DNA from: Solirubrobacteraceae bacterium
GTDB lineage: Bacteria > Actinomycetota > Thermoleophilia > Solirubrobacterales > Solirubrobacteraceae
DNA length: 64,000 nt
Assembly (NCBI GenBank): GCA_035540675.1
Contig: DATLGB010000223.1
Location: forward strand, 4,502 to 68,501
Direction: 5' to 3'
This document shows positions 53,623 to 62,462 of the stretch, piece after piece (within the stretch, counting starts at the first letter, position 1; the number at the start of each line of letters is the position of its first letter). Both the position numbers and the translations under genes were made by a program. Below the pieces are notes generated by a model, which saw only the letters and a list, made by a program, of their open reading frames with translations, did not search any database and was not told the origin of the DNA.

Positions 53623-55136
53623 CGCGGCGGCGCCACCGTCCGCCGCGGGCGGCGGCGCAGGAGCAGCAGAACGCCGGCGGCGGCCGCCCCGATCCCGCCG
53701 ACCCGCAGCGCGTGCTCGGCGGGGCCGCCGAGTCGCGGCGGGACGGAGAACGTCACGAGGCCGCTGGCGATGTCCTGCTTGTGCGAGGCGCGGGTGCCCG
53801 CGCGCGTGTCGGTCCACACCGCCAGCGCCGCGGTGTCCGTCGAGGCCAGCCCGAGGCGGCTGCCGAGCTCGGGCATCCCGCGCTCGGCGCCGAACCCGAT
53901 GCCGGTGTCGAAGGCGCGATCGCTGACCGCGATCCTGTCGCTGAACGTCTGGCCACCGTCGAACGACGACTGCAGCGAGACCTCTGCGCGCGTGCCGGAC
54001 GGGTCGCCCCGGCGGTCGTAGTAGGCGACGTCGATCCGCCCGCCCGGCGCCAGCGCGATCCGCGGAAGCGACTGGTGCGTGCCGTCGCGCCGCGGCGTGT
54101 CGTTCACGCGCGCGGGAGCGGCGAACGTGGCCCCGCGGTCCTCCGATGCCCACAACCACACGTCGGCGTCCCCGAGGCGCCCGTCGTGGAAGCTCGCGTA
54201 GACACGCGCGCCCGCTGCAGCGATCGAGGGGTAGGGCGGCGTGAACACGACGAAGCGCTCCACCGGCACCAGACGCTCGTCGACCACGCGCTCCTGCCAG
54301 CTGTCGCCGCCGTCGCCGGAGCGCGAGAGGACGAGCTGCCACGGCCCGGGATGCGGCGGGCCGCCGCGCCCCTCGTGGCCGCCCTCGTAGTCGAGACGGT
54401 CCTCCCCCAGGTCGAGGTAGAGCACGTACAGCGCGCCGTCGCCGATCGCCGGCGCGCCGGCGACGACGCGCTCGCGCGCGCCGCCGCTGACCCGCGCGGG
54501 CGGGCTCCACCCGATGCCGCCGTCGTCGGAGCGGGCCGACATGATCGGGTTGCCGGTCCGCGCGAAGCGGAAGGGCCCCACCTCCTGCGCCTGAAGCCAC
54601 GTCAGGTGCAGCCGCCGCGCGACCCGCGGGTCCGCGACCAGCCGGACCTGGAAGGCGAGCGGGCCGAGGACGCGCGCGGGCGCCGACAGCGTGTCCCCGT
54701 TGTCGCTCGACTGCACCAGCCACGCCGCGCCCGGCACGTTGCCCTCGCCGCGCAGCGTCACGAACACCAGGTACAGCGTGCCGTCGGCGCCGTAGGCGAC
54801 GTCGGGCGCGTAGCACTTGCGGCCGGCTCCGCTCGGGATCGGGATCGTGACCTGCCGCCAGGACACGCCGCCGTCGGAGGAGACCTGCAGCGCGCACGAG
54901 TAGTCCGGCTCGTCGATCCGGTTGGCGACCGCCAGCTGGTCGCCGTCGCGCGGGTTGCGGACGAGCGCCGGCGAGTTGTGGGCGCTGATGTCGCCCGCCA
55001 CCGTGGCGCTGGCGTTGACCGGCCGGTTGCCGTCGGCCCGGACCGCCGCGCGCTGCGCGCCGAAGGCGCCCGAGAGCACGATTGCCCCGGCGCCGACGAG
55101 GATCAGCGCGACGCCGGTGACGAGCGGGACCTTCAG
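53619..55136 (-). CDS. BNR/sialidase-like beta-propeller protein, anchored (paralog 2)
   Basis: Frame of ORF 53619..55562. Collinear with 47258..48781 (GDISAHNSPALVRNP, SSDGGVSW, SSDNGDTL, SDDGGIGW, SGDGGDSW, SFDGGQTF). The start is uncertain: CTG 55136 is the only start-like codon before the signal-anchor helix, and the next ATG upstream overlaps the preceding gene by about 160 nt. Confidence 0.65.
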   Translation of the reverse strand: MKVPLVTGVALILVGAGAIVLSGAFGAQRAAVRADGNRPVNASATVAGDISAHNSPALVRNPRDGDQLAVANRIDEPDYSCALQVSSDGGVSWRQVTIPIPSGAGRKCYAPDVAYGADGTLYLVFVTLRGEGNVPGAAWLVQSSDNGDTLSAPARVLGPLAFQVRLVADPRVARRLHLTWLQAQEVGPFRFARTGNPIMSARSDDGGIGWSPPARVSGGARERVVAGAPAIGDGALYVLYLDLGEDRLDYEGGHEGRGGPPHPGPWQLVLSRSGDGGDSWQERVVDERLVPVERFVVFTPPYPSIAAAGARVYASFHDGRLGDADVWLWASEDRGATFAAPARVNDTPRRDGTHQSLPRIALAPGGRIDVAYYDRRGDPSGTRAEVSLQSSFDGGQTFSDRIAVSDRAFDTGIGFGAERGMPELGSRLGLASTDTAALAVWTDTRAGTRASHKQDIASGLVTFSVPPRLGGPAEHALRVGGIGAAAAGVLLLLRRRPRRTVAPPR

Positions 55137-55155
55137 GGCGCGGCGGGCTTCGGCG

Positions 55156-56073
55156 CTACCGGACGAGCCGGCGGCGACGCACGGCCACGGTGCCGAAGCC
55201 GCCTGCCAGTGCGAGCAGGCCCAGGGCCAGCAGCCCGACGCCGTAGGCGAGGGTCGGGTTCGCGGTGACCGCGGCCGGCGCATCCGACAGCCCGCGCCGG
55301 GCCGAGCCCGGGGCGAAGCCGCTCCAGATGTCCCCGCCGGCGGTGGCCTGGGACGGCTGCACGGCCGCTGCGAGCGGCGTCTGCGGTGCCGGTGCCGCCG
55401 CCGGCGGCGAGGGCGTGGTCGCGGTGGCGCGCGTGGTCGAGGCGGCGGCCGTCCGGTCGCGGATGCGGGCCGGCGCACCGCCGGTCGTGGCGGCATCGCG
55501 CTGGCGCGCGGAGCGGCGGGTGGGTGCCGCGGGCGCCGGGCGCCGCGGCGCGGAACGGGCATCCGGCCGCGCGGTCGCGGGCCGCGACGGCCGGCCGGCC
55601 GCGGGCGGCGCGCTCGACGCCGGCGCGGGCGCCGGGGCCTGCGCCGTCGCCGGATCCGGCGACGCGGGAGCCGTGGTCGGTGGCGCGGCGGGCGCCTGCT
55701 GCTCGGCGGGCGGCCCGACCGTGAAGCTCGCGCGCGAGGTGTAGCGCGGGTCCTGCGGGATCGCGAGGATCACGTGGTTCCCGTCGGGCGCGTCCGCCGG
55801 GATGCGGACCGTCGTCCTGAACGTCTCCTGCGCGGTCGGGCGCACCGTCGCCAGCAGCGGCCCGTTCTCGTCGTTCCAGCGGATCCGCACGGGGTGGTCC
55901 GCCTCGAACCCGCGGCCGCTGATGGAGACGTCGGAACCGGCCTCTCCGGCCGCCGGAGCGGGCGGGTCCAGCGACGCGCGCGGCGAGCAGGCCCATGCGA
56001 GGCCCGCCCATACGACCGCCAGCGACAGGATCGTCAGCAACGCGACCAGCGGGCGACGCGACCGGTTCGTCAT
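55156..56073 (-). CDS. Secreted Ig-like-domain protein with long Pro/Ala-rich linker and C-terminal helix and basic tail (paralog B)
   Basis: ATG 56073 (track TTG 56082). Signal peptide, GSDVSISGRGF..HPVRIRWNDENGPLLATV.P....FRTTVRIP...DGNHVILAIPQ, TM plus RRRRLVR. Confidence 0.65.
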   Translation of the reverse strand: MTNRSRRPLVALLTILSLAVVWAGLAWACSPRASLDPPAPAAGEAGSDVSISGRGFEADHPVRIRWNDENGPLLATVRPTAQETFRTTVRIPADAPDGNHVILAIPQDPRYTSRASFTVGPPAEQQAPAAPPTTAPASPDPATAQAPAPAPASSAPPAAGRPSRPATARPDARSAPRRPAPAAPTRRSARQRDAATTGGAPARIRDRTAAASTTRATATTPSPPAAAPAPQTPLAAAVQPSQATAGGDIWSGFAPGSARRGLSDAPAAVTANPTLAYGVGLLALGLLALAGGFGTVAVRRRRLVR

Positions 56074-56082
56074 GCCCGGCAA

Positions 56083-56110
56083 AAACTAGTCACTTCTGTG
56101 ACGAAGTCAA
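56083..56110 (-). promoter_or_regulatory. Candidate internal promoter giving a (near-)leaderless transcript of 55156..56073
   Basis: Minus strand: TTGACT, 16-nt spacer, TAGTTT, 9 nt, ATG. The -35 contains the RTX gene stop codon. Spacer holds GTCAC-nnnn-GTGAC. Confidence 0.3.
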
Positions 56111-58893
56111 GGCTCGCGGGCGATCCTGAAGCGCTGGCGCGAGACCCGCGACACGTTGCCGGCGGCGTCGCGGGCGCGGCCGCTGAGCCGGTACAGGCCC
56201 GGCCGCAGCGCGCGACCGGAGAGGCGTCCCGAGAAGCCGGCGCGGTTCGGCCCGGCGCGGCCCGCCAGTGTCACCCTGCCGCGCAGCGGCCTGACGCGGC
56301 CGCCGCGCAGGCGTTGGACCGTGATCGTGAGGGTCGCCGGCTCGCTGAGCTGGTAGCGCAGGCGCGCTCCGCGGCGCCCGCGGCGCTTGCGCGTGGTCGA
56401 GCCGGAGCGGTGGGCGGCGAACCGGCGCGGCGACAGGACGAGCCGCAGCCGCGGCGGCGTCACGTCGGCCTGGGGGGCGGCCGGTGGCGGCGGCGCCGGA
56501 GGCCGGGCCGTCCCGTCGTCGACGCTCTCGCAGTTGGGCTGGACGGTGTCGCGGGCGTCGGCGACCACGGCGTCCGTGCCCGCGCCGCAGGTGATGAGCG
56601 GCTCCGCCAGGCCGTCGCGCGTCAGCAGGAGGTCGTCGCCGTCATCGCCGCTGAAGACGTCCAGCCCCGGGCCGCCGGCGAGCCGATCCGGCCCGCCGTC
56701 GCCGCCGAGGTAGTCCCCGCCGTCGCCGCCGTCCGCGGCGTCCGCGCCGTCGCCCCCGGACAGCCTGTCGGCGCCGGGACCGCCCGCGAGCGCGTCGTCG
56801 CCCGCGCCGCCCTCGAGGGTGTCGCCGTCGGCGCCGCCGGCCAGCGTGTCCGCCCCGGGCCCGCCCGCCAGCAGGTCGGCCTCGGCGTCGCCGTCGAGCA
56901 CGTCGTCGCCCTCTCCGCCCTCGACGGTGTCCGCGCCGTCGCCGCCGCCGATCCGGTCGGGCCCGAAGTCGCCGTGCAGCCGGTCGGCGCCGGCGCCGCC
57001 GGCGATGTCGTCGGCTCCCTCGCCGCCCGTGACCGTGTCCGCGCCCGCGCCGCCGGCCAATGTGTCGTCGCCGTCGCCGCCCGAGATCTCATCGCCGCCG
57101 GGGCCGCCCCGCACGACGTCGCCGCCGCCGCCGCCGGACAGGATCGCCGGCCCGGGGAACTCCGAGGCGTCGAGCGTGTTGGCGCCGGCGCCCCCGCGCA
57201 GCGTCGCGGTCTCGATGCCGGCCAGGACGTCGGCGCCGCGACCCGCGAGCGCGTCGCCGGTGAGCGTGAAGTCGGCGTCGCCGGACTCGAGGACGCGGTC
57301 CGTGCCGCCGCCGCCGGTGAGGACGTCGTCGCCCTCGCCGCCGGTCAGCGTGTCGGCGCCCGGCCCGCCGGTGAGGGCGTCGTCGCCGGCGCCGCCGTCG
57401 ATCGCAACGGGCCCGGAGAAGCCGGCGGCGTCGATGCGGTTGTCGTGCGGGCCGCCGGTCAGCACGGCGGCCTCGATGCTCTCCAGCGTGTCGGCGCCGC
57501 GGCCGGCGAGCGACGCGTCCGTCAGGGTGAGGTCCGCCTCCGCCAGCTCGTGGAGCTGGTCGGTTCCGGCTCCGCCGCGGAGCACGTCGTCGCCGTCGCC
57601 CCCGGTCAGCGTGTCGGACCCGGAGCCGCCGGTCAGGCGGTCGTGGCCGCCGCCGCCCTCCAGCAGCACCCGGCCGCCGAAGCCGGTGGCGTCGAACTCG
57701 TCGGCGCCGTCGCCGCCGACCAGCCGGACCTCCTCGATCGTCCGGGCGCCGGCGGTCGGCAGGAGGGTGTCCCGGCCGCGGCCGGTCAGCCCGGTGTCGT
57801 CGAGCCGGAACGTGCTCCCCCACTCGACGATGCGGTCCGTCCCGAGGGGGTCGCTGAAGACGTCGTCGCCGTCGTTGCCGGTGAGCACGTCGTCGCCGCC
57901 GCCGCCGTCGAGGCCGTCGACCCCCGAGCCACCGATCAGGCGGTCGCCGCCCGGGCCGCCGTTGAGCAGGGTCCGAAGCGACGCCGCCGACGCGTCGATG
58001 GTGTCGAACGTCGCGTCGCCGGTGAGCTCGGCGTGCTCGATCTCGACGAACGAGTCCGTCCCCGGTCCCGTGAGCGTGAAGTCGGTGAGGACCATCGGGC
58101 CCTGGGCCACGCCTGCGAGATCCGCTGCGACGAGCGTGTCCGTGCCCGGGCCGCCCTCGATGCGGTCGTCGCCGGCCGTGTCGAAGCCGGCAAGCATCCC
58201 GCTGACGCCCGGCGGATCGCCGCTCAGGCGGTCGTCCCCATCGCCGCCGCGCAGCACGTCGGACGCCTGGCCGCCCTGGAGGCTGTCGGCGCCCGCGCCG
58301 CCCTCGAGCGTGTCGGCCCCGAGCCCGCCGGTGATGGAGTCCTGACCGTCGCCGCCCGAGAGGAGGTTCGCCCCGAGGCGGTCGACGATGGTGTCGTCGC
58401 CGCCGCCGCCCGCGAGGGCGTCGTCGCCGTGCTCGCCGAACAGCGCGTCGTGGTTCGGCCCGCCGTCGAGGGCGTCGGCGCCGTCGAAGCCCAGCAGCTC
58501 GTCGCCGGCCTCGCTGCCGGTGATCGTGTCGCCGCCCGCGCCTCCGTCCACCGTCACCGGCCGCACGCCCGTCACCCGCGCCGGCAGGCGGGTGAAGTCG
58601 GCCAGCCGCACCCCGGAGAGATCGATCACGTTCGCGCCCGAGCCGCCCGTCACGTCGATGTGCCGCACGCTCGCGCACCGCACCGGCTGCGCCGTCCCCT
58701 GCCCGCCGTTGACGGTCACGTGCGACGCCGCGCAGCCGATGGCGATCGCGTCGCTCCCCTCGCCGGAGACCTCGAGCGTCGTGCCGTCGAAGCCGGCGCT
58801 GACGGCGGCGCCGGCGGCGGCCGGCATCAGCAGCGACACCGCCAGGGCGGCGGCGAGAGCCGGTCGATGGGGGATCCGGTGCCGGCCTCGCAC
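56107..58893 (-). CDS. RTX-type (haemolysin-type calcium-binding repeat) secreted protein
   Basis: Track ORF. Signal peptide, then dozens of GGxGxDxL/I nonapeptide repeats (GGAGADTLTGGEGDDVLTGG...). Basic C-terminal domain. Confidence 0.85.
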   Translation of the reverse strand: MRGRHRIPHRPALAAALAVSLLMPAAAGAAVSAGFDGTTLEVSGEGSDAIAIGCAASHVTVNGGQGTAQPVRCASVRHIDVTGGSGANVIDLSGVRLADFTRLPARVTGVRPVTVDGGAGGDTITGSEAGDELLGFDGADALDGGPNHDALFGEHGDDALAGGGGDDTIVDRLGANLLSGGDGQDSITGGLGADTLEGGAGADSLQGGQASDVLRGGDGDDRLSGDPPGVSGMLAGFDTAGDDRIEGGPGTDTLVAADLAGVAQGPMVLTDFTLTGPGTDSFVEIEHAELTGDATFDTIDASAASLRTLLNGGPGGDRLIGGSGVDGLDGGGGDDVLTGNDGDDVFSDPLGTDRIVEWGSTFRLDDTGLTGRGRDTLLPTAGARTIEEVRLVGGDGADEFDATGFGGRVLLEGGGGHDRLTGGSGSDTLTGGDGDDVLRGGAGTDQLHELAEADLTLTDASLAGRGADTLESIEAAVLTGGPHDNRIDAAGFSGPVAIDGGAGDDALTGGPGADTLTGGEGDDVLTGGGGTDRVLESGDADFTLTGDALAGRGADVLAGIETATLRGGAGANTLDASEFPGPAILSGGGGGDVVRGGPGGDEISGGDGDDTLAGGAGADTVTGGEGADDIAGGAGADRLHGDFGPDRIGGGDGADTVEGGEGDDVLDGDAEADLLAGGPGADTLAGGADGDTLEGGAGDDALAGGPGADRLSGGDGADAADGGDGGDYLGGDGGPDRLAGGPGLDVFSGDDGDDLLLTRDGLAEPLITCGAGTDAVVADARDTVQPNCESVDDGTARPPAPPPPAAPQADVTPPRLRLVLSPRRFAAHRSGSTTRKRRGRRGARLRYQLSEPATLTITVQRLRGGRVRPLRGRVTLAGRAGPNRAGFSGRLSGRALRPGLYRLSGRARDAAGNVSRVSRQRFRIAREP
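56620..58590 (-). repeat. Coding tandem nonapeptide (GGxGxDxxx) repeat region of the RTX protein (approximate bounds)
   Basis: Repeated ggcggc..ggcgcc..gac units visible on the minus strand. Generates long spurious ORFs in the other five frames. Confidence 0.7.
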
Positions 58894-59042
58894 GTCCCGA
58901 CAACCCTGGAGCCATGGCGTGCGCGTGTCAAGCGCCTACGGAGCTATATGCCCCGCACACCTATTGCCGAATGGCGTCGCGTCTGAATAGGGTCGCCCGA
59001 CGGCGTCGGCCGGTCGCAAGCGAGGGAAGGAAGCCGGAAGCC

Positions 59043-60830
59043 ATGAAGGGTCGCACCACCTCCGCTCGATCGCGGGTCACGCGGCGAGCTCTCGTCCTGC
59101 TGGGCGCAGCCGGTCTCGCGGTCCCGGTGGCCGCGAGCCTCGAGGGCTCCGCGCGCGCCGCGTTCCCGGGGACGAACGGCAGGATCATCTGCTCGGGCGC
59201 CCTGGCGACCGAGATCCCGACGCCGACGCCCCAGGGCCAGTCGCGCCTCGAGCTGTTCTCCATGAACCCGGATGGCAGCGGCCAGACGCGCCTGATGCAC
59301 AACACCTTCAGCGACTACAGCCCGCGCTACTCGGCCGACGGCACGCGCGTCGCCTGGGTCCGCGAGACGACGAACAACGTCAGCCCGCAGATCTGGACGA
59401 TGAACGCGGACGGCAGCGACCAGACCGGTCCGCTCACCTCGCAGGGATCGCAGTCGTTCATGGGCGACTGGTCGCCCGACGGGACGAAGCTGGTGTTCCA
59501 GTCCAACCGGGACGGCAACTTCGAGGTCTACGTGATGAACGCCGACGGCTCGAACCAGGTGAACCTCACGAACAACGCGACAACCGGCCGCAACAACGAC
59601 TCGCAGCCCGCGTGGTCGCCTGACGGCACGAAGATCGCCTTCCACAGCAACCGCGACGGCAACTCGAACATCCACGTGATGGACGCCGACGGCACGAACG
59701 TCGTCAACCTCACCGCCGACTCGCCGGCCCAGGAGTCGGCTCCGCGCTGGTCGGCGGACGGCATGAGGATCGCCTTCCAGAGCAACCGCGACGCGTTCCC
59801 GCGCCCGAGCACGGAGGCGCCGAACTTCGAGATCTACCGGATGAACGCCGACGGGTCGGACGTCAAGCGCCTGACGTTCAGCGACTACACGGGGGGCGGC
59901 ACGACGAGCCCGTTCGACGTCACGGGCTACGACGTCTTCCCGGCCTGGTCGCCCGATGGCACGCGCATCGTCTTCCACAGCGGCCGCGCGCCGGAGTACC
60001 GGGACACCGGACAGGCGGGCGTGATCGGGCAGTGGGAGGTCTACACGATCGACGCCGAACTCGGTGAGGGCGCCGGCGGCGCCGGAGTGACGCGCCTGAC
60101 CAACCGGCCGGGCAACGACGAGCGCTGCGACTGGCAGCCGATCCCGCGGCAGGTCCTGACGGTGAGGAAGGCGGGTGACGGCTCGGGCACCGTCGTCAGC
60201 GCCCCGGCCGGCATCGATTGCGGCACCGACTGCACCGAGGAGTTCGCGCGCGACACCGAGGTCACGCTGGCCGCCAGTCCCGAGGACGGGTCGCGCTTCG
60301 AGGGCTTCACCGGCGGCGGGTGCAGCGGCACGGCCGCCTCCTGCACGGTGACGATGAGCGAGGCGCGGACGGTGACGGCCACCTTCGGGATCGCGCCGGT
60401 CGTCACGGTGACGCCGGACCCGACGCCGACGCCGACGCCCACTCCGACGACCACGCCGGCGCCGACGACCACGGCGACCCCGTACAGCCTCCCGCGGCGC
60501 GCCGCGCGGCTGTCGGTCCGGGTCCGGCCGAAGCGCGACACCCGCAAGCCCTTCCGCTTCACGGTCAGCGGCCGCCTGCGGTACCCGTCGTCGGTCCGCA
60601 AGGCCGACGCGTGCCGGGGCCGCGTGACCGTCCGCTTCAAGGCCGGCAAGCGCACGATCTCGACCCGCCGCGACCGCCTGGACCGGTCCTGCCGCTACGA
60701 GCAGCGCGTGACGTTCAAGCAGCCGCGCCGCTTCAACCGGCGCTCGAGACTGCGCGTGTGGGCGACGTTCGAGGGCAACAAGGTGCTGCTGCCCAAGAAG
60801 TCGAAGGTCATCTCCGCGCGCGTCAAGTAG
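59043..60830 (+). CDS. TolB-like PD40 beta-propeller protein with C-terminal Cys-containing and basic domains
   Basis: ATG 59043 after GGGAAGGAAG. Signal (Tat-like RVTRRAL). Repeats P.WSPDGTKIAF.SNRDGN..I.VM.ADGS. TPTPTPTPTT linker. Confidence 0.8.
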   Translation: MKGRTTSARSRVTRRALVLLGAAGLAVPVAASLEGSARAAFPGTNGRIICSGALATEIPTPTPQGQSRLELFSMNPDGSGQTRLMHNTFSDYSPRYSADGTRVAWVRETTNNVSPQIWTMNADGSDQTGPLTSQGSQSFMGDWSPDGTKLVFQSNRDGNFEVYVMNADGSNQVNLTNNATTGRNNDSQPAWSPDGTKIAFHSNRDGNSNIHVMDADGTNVVNLTADSPAQESAPRWSADGMRIAFQSNRDAFPRPSTEAPNFEIYRMNADGSDVKRLTFSDYTGGGTTSPFDVTGYDVFPAWSPDGTRIVFHSGRAPEYRDTGQAGVIGQWEVYTIDAELGEGAGGAGVTRLTNRPGNDERCDWQPIPRQVLTVRKAGDGSGTVVSAPAGIDCGTDCTEEFARDTEVTLAASPEDGSRFEGFTGGGCSGTAASCTVTMSEARTVTATFGIAPVVTVTPDPTPTPTPTPTTTPAPTTTATPYSLPRRAARLSVRVRPKRDTRKPFRFTVSGRLRYPSSVRKADACRGRVTVRFKAGKRTISTRRDRLDRSCRYEQRVTFKQPRRFNRRSRLRVWATFEGNKVLLPKKSKVISARVK

Positions 60831-62452
60831 CCGTTCGCGCCGTAGCCGCCGCCGTCCTGGCGACCCTCGCGGTCGCCGGGACGGCGCACGCGCAGACGCC
60901 GCTGCGGATCCCCTTCCCGCAGGACGACGGGACGCTCACGCCGTACACCTTCGAGCTCGGCTACCCGCTGGTCACGCTCGTCTACGACACCCTCACGTGG
61001 CGCGACCGGCGCGGCGTCCCGCGCCCCTGGCTGGCGCGCTCGGTCCGCGTGAGCCGCGGCGGGCGGCGCGCGACGATCCGGTTGCGCCCCGGCGTGCGCT
61101 GGCACGACGGCCGCGCGCTCACGGCGCGCGACGTCGCGTTCACCTTCCGGCGCTTCCGCGCGCGCCCGCACCCGCGCTTCACCCCGCAGCTCGCCGCCGT
61201 GGCGAGCGTCCGGGCGACGGACCGCACCACCGTGGTCGTCGAGCTGCGCCATGCGTCGCTCGGCTTTCGCGACCAGCCGCTGGCCGACGTGCCGATCCTG
61301 CCGCGGCACCTGTGGCGCGGCGTCCCGCGCGAGGAGCTCGCGCCGGCCGGCCTGCCGGTGGGCAGCGGGCCGTACCGGTTGGTCGAGCACCGGCCGGGCG
61401 CGGGCTACCGCTTCCGGGCCAACCGACGCTACTTCCGCGGGCGCCCCTCCGTCGCGCGCATCGACGTCCGCGTGATCGAGGGTGCGGGCGAGACGTTCTC
61501 GGCGTTCGAGCGGCGGGCGGTGGACGTCGTGCCCGCGCCGCTGCCGGAGCGCGAGCGCGCGAGGCTCGACGACCTCGGCGTCGAGATCGCGCGCGGCCCC
61601 TCGTACGCCGGCACCGTCCTGATGTTCAACCTCCGCCGGCCTCCGCTGGACCGCCTCGAGGTGCGGCGAGCGATCGCCGCGGCGCTCGACCCGGCCCGAC
61701 TCGCCCGGGCGGTCTCGGGCGCGGCGGCCGCCGATCGCGGCTACCTGCACCCGCGGTCGCCGTGGGCCCCGCGCGCGCCGCTCGAGCGGCCGCCGGCGGC
61801 GACGGTCGCCATGGCGCCGCTGACGATCGCCGTCTCCGACGCCGACCCGACGCGCCTGCAGGTGGGCCGGGAGGTCGTGCTCGCACTGCGTCGCGCCGGC
61901 GTCGACGCCGCCCTGCGGCCGCTGGCGCCGCCCCTGCTGGCTGCGGCGGTCGGGCAGGACGGGGCACCGCCTGACTTCGACGCGGCCATCTGGAGCTCTC
62001 CGCCGCTGGCCTCCTACGACCCCGACTTCCTGCGGGTGGTCTTCGGAGCCGGGCAGCCGCTCAACTACAGCGGCTTCAGCAGCCCGCGCTTCGAGGAGCT
62101 CGCCCAGCGCGTCGCCGCGGCGCCGACGCGCGCCGAGCGGCGGGCGGCGGTGCGCGAAGAGCTGCGGCTGCTGGCGGACGAGCTCCCGGTGGTCCCCCTG
62201 ATCTTCCAGGAGGGTACGTTCGCCTACCGGCGGGGGCGCCACGACGGCTGGGTCTTCGTCAAGGGCGCCGGCATCCTCGACAAGCGCTCCTTCTTCGCTC
62301 GGCGGCGGGCCGTCCGCCCGCGCGGCGCCGCACCGGCCCCTCCGGCGGCGGCCGGCGACTCCTCGACCGGCCTGGCCGGATGGCTCGCCGCCGGGGCGGC
62401 GATGGCCGCCCTCGCACTCGCGGGTGCTGCAGCGCGCCGCCGCCGCGGATAG
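60758..62452 (+). CDS. Family-5 (peptide/nickel, DppA/NikA-type) substrate-binding protein with C-terminal helix and RRRRG tail
   Basis: Frame of ORF 60218..62452. Signal ...LAVAGTAHA, VRWHDGRALTARDV, GSGPYRLVEHRPG. The start is uncertain: GTG 60758 is the nearest in-frame start. Confidence 0.65.
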   Translation: MGDVRGQQGAAAQEVEGHLRARQVAVRAVAAAVLATLAVAGTAHAQTPLRIPFPQDDGTLTPYTFELGYPLVTLVYDTLTWRDRRGVPRPWLARSVRVSRGGRRATIRLRPGVRWHDGRALTARDVAFTFRRFRARPHPRFTPQLAAVASVRATDRTTVVVELRHASLGFRDQPLADVPILPRHLWRGVPREELAPAGLPVGSGPYRLVEHRPGAGYRFRANRRYFRGRPSVARIDVRVIEGAGETFSAFERRAVDVVPAPLPERERARLDDLGVEIARGPSYAGTVLMFNLRRPPLDRLEVRRAIAAALDPARLARAVSGAAAADRGYLHPRSPWAPRAPLERPPAATVAMAPLTIAVSDADPTRLQVGREVVLALRRAGVDAALRPLAPPLLAAAVGQDGAPPDFDAAIWSSPPLASYDPDFLRVVFGAGQPLNYSGFSSPRFEELAQRVAAAPTRAERRAAVREELRLLADELPVVPLIFQEGTFAYRRGRHDGWVFVKGAGILDKRSFFARRRAVRPRGAAPAPPAAAGDSSTGLAGWLAAGAAMAALALAGAAARRRRG

Positions 62453-62462
62453 CGTCTCGGTC

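Noticed and set aside
54922-58986. 1354-aa plus-strand ORF, together with other long ORFs in 56.1-58.9 kb
   Set aside because: It is antisense or off-frame to the RTX gene. The nonapeptide DNA periodicity keeps several frames open. The translations are Arg/Gly/Ala homopolymer-like, with no motifs.
60410-60480. Short-period repeat (ccgacg units)
   Set aside because: It encodes a TPTPTPTPTPTT Pro/Thr interdomain linker within the TolB-like protein. It is not a CRISPR array or an intergenic tandem repeat.
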